Shown piece after piece: positions 25,792 through 32,000 of a stretch of DNA of 32,000 nt. A program made the position numbers and the translations under genes. Origin of the DNA: Ktedonobacterales bacterium (GTDB lineage Bacteria > Chloroflexota > Ktedonobacteria > Ktedonobacterales > JADMIN01). The first letter of the stretch is position 1, and every line of letters starts with the position of its first letter. The notes under the pieces were generated by a model, which was given only the letters and a program-made list of their open reading frames with translations, was not told the origin of the DNA and ran no database searches. The DNA is taken from assembly GCA_030167145.1 (NCBI GenBank), contig CP126532.1:1800001-1832000 (forward strand), read 5' to 3'.

Positions 25792-26226
25792 TCAGGGTTG
25801 CCTCCTCGGCACGCGGTACGGATTCGGCATCCGCTTGAATGTTGCGGCAAGCGCCTGCGCCACATCCGCGGGGAGCACTGTCTGCAGCGTACCAGTCGCA
25901 TCATACAGCACACAGAACGTGTGGTGATAGCCCTTGCCAGGGCTGCTCACGAGCCGCAGGTGATAACCAAGAGGCGCAATCGCATGCTCAAGCGCAGCCT
26001 CATCTTCGTAGCTTATCGTCGCATTGGGAAATTGTCCTGCCGCTGCCAATTCCTCCACACGTTTGCCAGGTGCATATTGCACCGAAAAGCCATGCAATCC
26101 AGGGACAAGCCGGTGTGGAGCATAACCCTGGATGAGGTCTATCGCTTTGGCCTCACCCGCCCGCACAACGTAACCCACCGTATTCTCTCCCATAATCTCC
26201 AAGTGCGTTGCTCTTGCCCTCGTCAT
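25792..26226 (-). CDS. hypothetical protein (133-144 aa), first gene of a coupled pair
   Basis: Trimmed so that it does not overlap the DUF5684 gene. ATG 26226 or ATG 26193 are possible starts, and the latter has a GGAGA RBS. The sequence includes GYAPHRLVPGLHGFSVQYAPGK...GKGYHHTFCVLYDATG. I could not assign a family. Confidence 0.5.
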   Translation of the reverse strand: MTRARATHLEIMGENTVGYVVRAGEAKAIDLIQGYAPHRLVPGLHGFSVQYAPGKRVEELAAAGQFPNATISYEDEAALEHAIAPLGYHLRLVSSPGKGYHHTFCVLYDATGTLQTVLPADVAQALAATFKRMPNPYRVPRRQP

Positions 26227-26311
26227 CTTCCAAGAGCAAAGAAAAGGCGCGCATGCGGCGATGCCCTCTCGCACCACCTCACGCGCGCCCTGAGTCCGCG
26301 AAATATCCGCG

Positions 26312-26698
26312 TTATCCGACCCGAACCATCTGGCCCTGGGCCACATAGCGCGAATCACCGAACGCCAGAATCGGGAAGAAGATCACGCCCAGGAACCACA
26401 GCCCCAGCGCGAAGCCTGCGCTCCTCCCGAAAACCCGCGCCAGGTCAAACAGCAGAATGATCGCGATGATCGGGGCAAAGAAGATGTACAGAATGATCCA
26501 CCAGAGAGGCCGCTGGCAGACCTGCAACAACACGATGATGTTATAGATCGGAATGATCGCCGCCCACCCTGGCTGACCGGCCTTGGCAAAGATCTTCCAC
26601 ATACACGCGATATAGAACACGGCAATCGCCAGAACGATCAGCAGAAAGACCAGACCGCCGCCAACTAACAAGCCTGCGCTATCTCCATTGGAACCCAT
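26312..26698 (-). CDS. DUF5684-type small membrane protein
   Basis: MWKIFAKAGQPGWAAIIPIYNIIVLLQVCQRPLWW plus a C-terminal FGRSAGFALGLWFLGVIFFPILAFGDSRY match my memory of the DUF5684 pattern. A GGGAGG RBS is present. Confidence 0.6.
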   Translation of the reverse strand: MGSNGDSAGLLVGGGLVFLLIVLAIAVFYIACMWKIFAKAGQPGWAAIIPIYNIIVLLQVCQRPLWWIILYIFFAPIIAIILLFDLARVFGRSAGFALGLWFLGVIFFPILAFGDSRYVAQGQMVRVG

Positions 26699-26899
26699 CG
26701 CCGTTCATACCTCCCAAAACGTACTCAAGAAAATACCTGTGGCCGGATCACCGCCCGCGCATCATGCCCACGTGTGAGCCGCATCGTTCTCTCACGAGCA
26801 TGCGGTAACTGGCATACGCGCGATTCGCCCAGCCTTCACACATCAGCAAACGCACAGCGATACACATACACCGCTGGACCGCTCACCTGATGCGAGGCA

Positions 26900-26928
26900 A
26901 TTATAGCGCACGAATGCAAGCGTGTCAC
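26900..26928 (-). promoter_or_regulatory. candidate promoter (GTGACA-17 nt-TATAAT) about 200 nt upstream of the DUF5684 gene
   Basis: On the minus strand the -35 GTGACA is at 26928-26923 and a perfect -10 TATAAT is at 26905-26900. Motif evidence only. Confidence 0.4.
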
Positions 26929-27096
26929 GTGGCAATTTGCATGCGTGACGTTTCGGGGGGAATATTGACGCAACGGCGATGGTCGCATCCTTGCGCTCAC
27001 ATCGTCACCACCGAATGAGGCGCCCGCGCCACCTTGATGCTGGCGTCCTCGCTACGCTGGGGAGATCTATTCGGAAATGTGGGACGGCATCGCCGC

Positions 27097-27258
27097 TCAG
27101 GCAGAATGCGCCCTTTGCGCCGCCTCTTCCACCGCCAGGCCCTCCGCCATCTCGCGGTCATGCTCGTGCGCCGCGAACCGCCCCACCAGCAGCGCCATCA
27201 CAAACACCGCCGCCCAGATCACACACACAGCCAGTATCCAGCCAAGCCCACCAGACAT
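27097..27258 (-). CDS. small single-TM protein (53 aa)
   Basis: Trimmed to ATG 27258 (AAGGATGG RBS). The sequence is MSGGLGWILAVCVIWAAVFVMALLVGRFAAHEHDREMAEGLAVEEAAQRAHSA. Short ORF with no homology evidence. Confidence 0.4.
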   Translation of the reverse strand: MSGGLGWILAVCVIWAAVFVMALLVGRFAAHEHDREMAEGLAVEEAAQRAHSA

Positions 27259-27413
27259 GGTGCGCCATCCTTTCTTTCGCGAAGCTGTGCCGGGCAACTC
27301 CACCGGCTGCCCTCTACTCTATGCTCCGCGACTCACAGATGACTCACAAACCCATGCGCACGCCACACAATTCGCTCACAGCCAGCGAACGTCTTTCCTC
27401 CCATCACGCCTGC

Positions 27414-27462
27414 CCGTAGGGGCGTCCGGTGGACGCCCGTCGCTCGGTGGACGCCCGTCGCG
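27414..27462 (+). repeat. REP2 hairpin repeat with an 18-nt tandem duplication of its 3' half
   Basis: CCGTAG-GGGCGTCC-ggt-GGACGCCC-gtcgc is followed by a second cggtggacgcccgtcgc unit. The two units (27427-27444 and 27445-27462) match at 17 of 18 positions. Confidence 0.8.
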
Positions 27463-27495
27463 CGATTTCGACCACCCGTCCCCGCTCCTGGGTAG

Positions 27496-27515
27496 GGCAG
27501 ACATTCCTGTCTGCC
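27496..27515 (+). repeat. REP3 hairpin (GGCAGACA-ttcc-TGTCTGCC)
   Basis: Perfect 8-bp stem with a 4-nt loop, about 35 nt downstream of the REP2 unit. A related copy lies at 22844. Confidence 0.6.
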
Positions 27516-27624
27516 GCCGCTCCGCCCTAATGCGCCCTCTTGCCTACGCTGCTATACTTGAGATGACACGTCGCGGCGCAATCATCCCTTTGCCGCCATG
27601 CCCATGCCGCCGAGGAGCATACAT

Positions 27625-28746
27625 GTGAGCATTTTCCTCTTTTGGCTCTTGTGGATCGCCGGGTTCGCCGTATTTACCGCGACACGATTTCTCATTCTGC
27701 TCTTCACTACGCCAGCCTTTCGGCGAAAATATCTCCCGGCAACCATCGTCTATTCGCTGGTTGGCACATTTGCTCTCGGCGGCGGGATTCTGCAACTCCA
27801 ATCGCTGACGCCATCCGCGCAGACGCAATCCATCGGCCCGTTGGGTATCTTTGTGATCTTCTGTCTGCTTGTCGCCATAACAATCCAATTGATACGCGAT
27901 ACATTCGGCGCCACTGTGCGTGGGTTGGCGACGAAGGGCAACCGCCTCGTGCGCCTTTCCAAATACGCGGACGCACTGACGGCCTATGACCGCGCATTGA
28001 TAGGCGCGCGGTGGTATCCAAACAACCAGGTGAGAGCAAACATCCGAATCGGTAGAGCAGGCGCGCTGCTCGCCTTGGGTCGCTACGATGAAGCCCTCGC
28101 CGCATGCGACCAGGCGCTCGCCCTTGCTCCGGCGCTCGCTCTCGCCTGGACGCTCAAAGGCGCGGTATTGACAAACCAGCTACGTTATTCGGAAGCGATA
28201 CCTATCTACGAGCACGCGCTCACCCTCACCGCAACAGATCCACAGCTATGGGCGCTCATGGCCTATGCGCTCGAACGGGCAGACCGCACCGACGACGCGC
28301 TCGCGGCCAGCGAGAAGGCGCTTCAGCTTGCCGCCGCCCCCGGCCTCACCACCCCAGCGCCGCTCGCCACCACCCCGCCACCCACATGGCTCCTATTCGC
28401 CTGGATCGCTCATGCCCGCGCGCTCAACACCCTGGACCGCTCCGACGAGGCGCTCACCGCCGCCGAGCGGGGCGTAGAGCAGTTCCCCCACTTCGCCGCA
28501 ATGCAACTGACCAAAGCGCAAGTCCTCACGCGCCTCCATCGCGCCGATGAGGCCCAGGCCACAGCAGCAGAGGCCGTCCACGCCGCAGATCAACAACTGG
28601 CGAAGCTGCCTCATGTCGTCCCCGTCCTCGTCGCGAAAGCGAACGCCCTGCGCCTGCTCGGCCACGACACCGAAGCCGAAGCCATCGAGGCCCAGGTGCG
28701 TGCCCTGCTGCCCAACCTCACCATCGTTGATGGCCGCGCCGTCTAA
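27625..28746 (+). CDS. membrane-anchored TPR-repeat protein
   Basis: The best start is GTG 27625, 7 nt after GAGGAG; the ORF opens at ATG 27598. The N-terminus has 3 TM helices (SIFLFWLLWIAGFAVF...). TPR-like units follow (YADALTAYDRAL, YDEALAACDQALALAP, YSEAIPIYEHAL, TDDALAASEKAL). Confidence 0.7.
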   Translation: MSIFLFWLLWIAGFAVFTATRFLILLFTTPAFRRKYLPATIVYSLVGTFALGGGILQLQSLTPSAQTQSIGPLGIFVIFCLLVAITIQLIRDTFGATVRGLATKGNRLVRLSKYADALTAYDRALIGARWYPNNQVRANIRIGRAGALLALGRYDEALAACDQALALAPALALAWTLKGAVLTNQLRYSEAIPIYEHALTLTATDPQLWALMAYALERADRTDDALAASEKALQLAAAPGLTTPAPLATTPPPTWLLFAWIAHARALNTLDRSDEALTAAERGVEQFPHFAAMQLTKAQVLTRLHRADEAQATAAEAVHAADQQLAKLPHVVPVLVAKANALRLLGHDTEAEAIEAQVRALLPNLTIVDGRAV

Positions 28747-28895
28747 CTGGACATCAGCGCCGCCAACTACGCCGCACTTATGAAATGCTCTCGTGATAGA
28801 ATGTCCTTGGCAATCACGATTTCTGTTACCGTTCTGTCGTCAGACACACATTGCTAAGATGCGCACATGCCGCTGCACTCGCATGTGAGAGGTTG

Positions 28896-29624
28896 ATGCC
28901 AAATCATCTCGACTACCGCCGCCGTCTTCTATCCATCGTCACCGCCTTCCAAGACCCAACAGCCGCCGACCATGTCCGTGCCCGCCGCCTCGTCGAACGC
29001 CTCTACCACGATCCTAGACGCCGCTTGCAAACCTTAGATGACCTTGTCTGGGGTGGCTTTGTAAGCGAGCTTACCGATTCCGTGTTCTATGAGCTCCCCG
29101 AATACCTGCAAGCTACACGCGAAGTGCTGCTCCACGGCTCGACGGAACTGCATCGCGCATACCTCAGTTTTGACTTTCGTTCAGACTTCACCGAGGTCGA
29201 ACACAACTGGCATGCCCAATTGCTAGATTTGGCAGTATGGCTCCAGCGCGGCGTTTTCGATAACGCTGGGGCATCTCAAGCAGAGTACGAGCGCCGCGTC
29301 GAGACAATCTCCGCCCTTTCGCATCTCACACCGCCACCTCCCCATGTGGGCGAGGAGACCCTATACCATTACATCCTACGAACCGCCGAGGCCGTACTCA
29401 CCGGTATTGAATCCAGGAGTTTCGGCCAGATCCCCTATCTTGTGGCGGCGGCTCCCTGGGTCCAGGTTTATTGGAACCCCGACAATGCGAATGATCGTCC
29501 CTGGCCTGATGCCACCGCAAGCGTTTCCTGGGCCGAACGCGCGCTGCGCTCGATCATACGCCAGGAGTGGGTATGGGTGACATGGCAGATTACGAATGCC
29601 GCATATCTCATCTCAATCCACTGA
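28896..29624 (+). CDS. hypothetical protein (242 aa), no recognisable domain
   Basis: Start set at ATG 28896 (GAGAGG upstream). The coding look is plausible: no Arg bias, and mixed Trp/Tyr/Glu composition. An extended -10-like TGaTAGAAT lies at 28794-28802. The region looks AT-richer than its neighbours and uses TTA Leu codons. Confidence 0.5.
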   Translation: MPNHLDYRRRLLSIVTAFQDPTAADHVRARRLVERLYHDPRRRLQTLDDLVWGGFVSELTDSVFYELPEYLQATREVLLHGSTELHRAYLSFDFRSDFTEVEHNWHAQLLDLAVWLQRGVFDNAGASQAEYERRVETISALSHLTPPPPHVGEETLYHYILRTAEAVLTGIESRSFGQIPYLVAAAPWVQVYWNPDNANDRPWPDATASVSWAERALRSIIRQEWVWVTWQITNAAYLISIH

Positions 29625-29834
29625 TTGATCCGTCATCCCAACATGTGTGGCGTCATTTGCCCATACGCCACGCATACCGAACCGAGATTACCCGCGGCAT
29701 TTATGCCGCTCGCCGGCAATTGGAGTTACACACCGGGCATTCATGCCATCATCGCTGTGCTCCGGCCATTGATGGCCGAGGCTGGCCCCCGCGCGTGATA
29801 CCATATTGCTACCGCTCGCCCGCGCGGCATCCAT

Positions 29835-29860
29835 CCGTAGGGGCGTCCACTGGACGCCCG
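29835..29860 (+). repeat. REP2 hairpin repeat copy flanked by direct repeats
   Basis: The core is CCGTAG-GGGCGTCC-act-GGACGCCC-G. cgcggcatcc occurs on both sides (29823-29832 and 29861-29870). With the core end included, it extends to gcccgcgcggcatcc. Confidence 0.8.
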
Positions 29861-29894
29861 CGCGGCATCCTATCCCATCCCAATAAGGCAACCC

Positions 29895-30716
29895 ATGCAA
29901 GACGACACCCTACAACTCGCCCCCACCGCCCTGCCCCTGCGCCACGTCAGCGCCACCCGCTACGTCACACCGCTGCGCGAGGGTGGCTCCGTCCCCGCCA
30001 TCGTCGAAGCCGACGACGACGGCCTCTACGTCCTCAAGTTTCGCGGCGCCGCCCAGGGCGTCAAAGCGCTCATCGCCGAACTCGTCGCCGGTGAGATTGG
30101 CCGCGCGCTCGGCCTGCTCGTCCCCGAAATCGTCTACATAGACCTTGACCCCATCCTCGCCCGCTCCGAAGCCCACGGCGAGATTCAAGACCTCATCCGC
30201 GCCAGCGCTGGACTCAACATCGCCCTCGATTTCCTCCCCGGCGCGCTCGCCTTCGACCCGCTCGCCAGCCCGACGCCAGACCCCGCGCTCGCCTCCGCCA
30301 TCGTCTGGTTCGACGCCTACACCACCAACGTAGACCGCACCGCCCGCAACACCAACATGCTCTGCTGGCATCAGCGCCTCTGGCTCATAGACCACGGCGC
30401 GGCCCTCTACTTCCACCACGGCCGCAGCGTCTATCCACCGCAGGGCCGCCTGCCCTTCCCCAGCATCGCCGACCACGTGCTGCTGCCTCATGCCACTGAC
30501 CTCGCCGCCGCCGACACCGCTGCGCACGAACGGCTGTCACCCGCGATACTGGCCGCCATCACCAGCGCCATCCCCGCCGCCTGGCTCGACACCTCACCCG
30601 ACGCCGCCAGCATAGACGATCAGCGCGCCGCCTATCTGGACTACCTCACCGCACGCCTCGCTGCGTCTCATCTCTTCGTCGAGGAGGCAACCCATGCCCG
30701 CGCGCGGCTCGTTTGA
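29895..30716 (+). CDS. HipA-like (HipA_C-type) serine/threonine kinase-fold protein
   Basis: A catalytic-loop-like NVDRTARNTNML and the metal-binding LIDHGAAL are present. Upstream, YVLKFRGAAQGVKALIAELV carries a candidate ATP-binding Lys. The gene overlaps the DUF3037 gene by 23 nt. Confidence 0.65.
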   Translation: MQDDTLQLAPTALPLRHVSATRYVTPLREGGSVPAIVEADDDGLYVLKFRGAAQGVKALIAELVAGEIGRALGLLVPEIVYIDLDPILARSEAHGEIQDLIRASAGLNIALDFLPGALAFDPLASPTPDPALASAIVWFDAYTTNVDRTARNTNMLCWHQRLWLIDHGAALYFHHGRSVYPPQGRLPFPSIADHVLLPHATDLAAADTAAHERLSPAILAAITSAIPAAWLDTSPDAASIDDQRAAYLDYLTARLAASHLFVEEATHARARLV

Positions 30717-31257
30717 CTACGCCATCATCCGCATCATCCCGCGTGTCGAGCGTGGCGAGCGCATCAACGTCGGCGTCGTGCTGCACTCCCGCGAGCACGC
30801 CTTCCTGGCCGCGCGCATCGCCTTCGATCCCGCGCGCCTCCTTGCCCTCGCCCCCGAACTATCGCCCACCGAAATCGCCGAGATCGCCGCCCACCTCGAT
30901 AGCATCCCTCGCATCTGCGCGGGCGGCGAAGACGCTGGCCCCATCGGACGCCTCACCCTGGCCGAACGCTTCCACTGGCTCGTCTCGCCGCGCAGCACCA
31001 TCATCCAGCCCTCGCGCGTCCATTCCGGCATCTGCGCCGACCCCACCGCTGCCCTCGATCACCTCGCCCGCATCCTGCTTCCCACTCCCACCAGCATCCC
31101 GGCTAGCATCATCCTCCCTCGCGCTGACTACGATACCGCCCTCGCGACATTGCGCCGCTCCCTCGCGCCCAATCGCACCCCCGCGCAGATGCGCCGCGAC
31201 ATCACCGCCGCCCTCGCCGACCTTGAGCGCATGAGCAATAGCGAACGCCCAGAGTAA
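30694..31257 (+). CDS. DUF3037 domain protein with a C-terminal extension of about 60 aa
   Basis: FDYAIIRIIPRVERGERINVGVVLHSRE...GPIGRLTLAERFHWLVSPRSTIIQPSRVHSG matches my memory of the DUF3037 signature. Confidence 0.7.
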   Translation: MPARGSFDYAIIRIIPRVERGERINVGVVLHSREHAFLAARIAFDPARLLALAPELSPTEIAEIAAHLDSIPRICAGGEDAGPIGRLTLAERFHWLVSPRSTIIQPSRVHSGICADPTAALDHLARILLPTPTSIPASIILPRADYDTALATLRRSLAPNRTPAQMRRDITAALADLERMSNSERPE

Positions 31258-31268
31258 AGGCAAAGACG

Positions 31269-31820
31269 ATGACGCACCTTCAGCAACCGACTACGGCGAA
31301 AACTTGGCGGCGCGTCTGGTGGCGGCGGACGCTCCAGCGCACGCTCACTTCGCTGCACATCGCATGTTATCGCGCAACTAGCGGACTCATCGGCCATCGC
31401 CTGGGACCACTGCCCAATCTGCTGCTCACCACCACTGGCCGCCGATCAGGCAAGCCACGCACCACACCCCTCACCTACATCGCCACTGATGGCCTGCTCG
31501 CCCTCATCGCCTCGAACTTCGGCAGCCGCACTCCGCCGCAGTGGTATCGCAACCTCCTCGCCCACCCCCAGGCGACCGTGCAGCTCAAGCGTCGCCGCTG
31601 GTCCGTCCACGCGCGTCCCGCCACCTCCTCCGAGCATGAGCGCATCTGGTCGGCGGCGCTGGTAATCTGGCCTGCCTGGGCCAGCTACGCCGACCGCGCC
31701 CAACGCGACATCCCCATCGTCGTGCTCGATCCTGCGCGCGAAACTCCGCATCCCCCGCCGCACGTGCAGACATCCAACCCCAAACCCCACACCGACACAA
31801 ATCGAGCAATAGCGGAATAA
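31269..31820 (+). CDS. DUF385-type (deazaflavin/F420-dependent nitroreductase family, split beta-barrel) oxidoreductase
   Basis: Contains LLLTTTGRRSGKPRTTPLTYIATDGLLALIASNFGSRTPPQWYRNLLAHPQATVQL. It starts 11 nt after the DUF3037 stop. Confidence 0.75.
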   Translation: MTHLQQPTTAKTWRRVWWRRTLQRTLTSLHIACYRATSGLIGHRLGPLPNLLLTTTGRRSGKPRTTPLTYIATDGLLALIASNFGSRTPPQWYRNLLAHPQATVQLKRRRWSVHARPATSSEHERIWSAALVIWPAWASYADRAQRDIPIVVLDPARETPHPPPHVQTSNPKPHTDTNRAIAE

Positions 31821-31843
31821 AGTACAGGTAAAATTGAGCGCAT

Positions 31844-31872
31844 TTGACATTCTACATGAAGCGTCGCATAAT
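31844..31872 (+). promoter_or_regulatory. candidate promoter (TTGACA-17 nt-CATAAT)
   Basis: A consensus -35 TTGACA is at 31844-31849, followed by a 17-nt spacer and CATAAT at 31867-31872. It sits in an AT-richer spacer about 70 nt upstream of the next ORF. Confidence 0.5.
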
Positions 31873-31942
31873 AGGTGCATTCCAGCGGGCTACCTTTCTG
31901 GGAATACATCGCTATTCGCATTCTACGGGAATGGAGCATCAT

Positions 31943-32000
31943 ATGGCCCTCTCGACCACACGCTGGCTATTCTGGCTCTCGATTGCCATCACCGTGCTAG
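31943..32000 (+). CDS. start of a membrane protein (the ORF runs off the right edge)
   Basis: GGAG lies 6 nt before ATG 31943. The sequence MALSTTRWLFWLSIAITVL is hydrophobic. Only 19 codons are visible. Confidence 0.35.
   Translation, partial: MALSTTRWLFWLSIAITVL

Noticed and set aside
29567-30094. 175-aa plus-strand ORF spanning the REP2 spacer and the start of the HipA-like gene
   Set aside because: It is Arg/His/Pro-rich, reads straight through the repeat element, and is out of frame with the kinase-like ORF that carries real motifs.
1-32000. Search by eye for tRNA/rRNA/tmRNA genes, integrases, transposases or prophage genes
   Set aside because: I found no T-loop-like GGTTCGAATCC contexts outside coding sequence, no rRNA-like stretches, and no recombinase-like ORFs. 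The only mobility hints are the mini-repeats and the excisionase-type HTH gene.

Overview
High-GC (roughly 60-65% by eye) bacterial chromosomal window, gene-dense on both strands. I recognised no rRNA, tRNA, CRISPR array, integrase or transposase. The backbone is a minus-strand pyrimidine operon, pyrR-pyrB-pyrC-carA-[two GNAT genes]-carB (14365 down to 4884). It is preceded by a sigma70-like promoter, a PyrR-binding RNA motif and an intrinsic attenuator. The main oddities are as follows. (1) PyrB carries two tandem ClpX-type C4 zinc-ribbon domains at its N-terminus. (2) Three families of short hairpin-forming interspersed repeats are present: one copy is translated inside carA, two bracket the GNAT cassette that splits carA from carB, and one shows a target-duplication-like flank. 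(3) A HipA-like kinase gene overlaps a DUF3037 gene. (4) Several toxin-antitoxin-type modules are present (VapBC, DUF433/DUF5615, and a C-terminally aberrant HicB-like gene colliding with an excisionase-type HTH gene). (5) There is a tightly coupled two-gene cassette that I cannot assign to a known family. The rest is rplI, a secreted PQQ-like propeller (partial), a lipoprotein, membrane proteins, two GT-C-like glycosyltransferases, a MazG-like protein, a GlsB/YeaQ-type protein, a secreted six-Asp-box propeller, an M20 amidohydrolase, a TPR protein and a DUF385-type flavin/deazaflavin oxidoreductase. All family names come from my reading of the translated ORFs (motif recognition from memory), not from a search. 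The many long Arg/Pro-rich ORFs in the track are antisense shadows typical of high-GC DNA and are not called.
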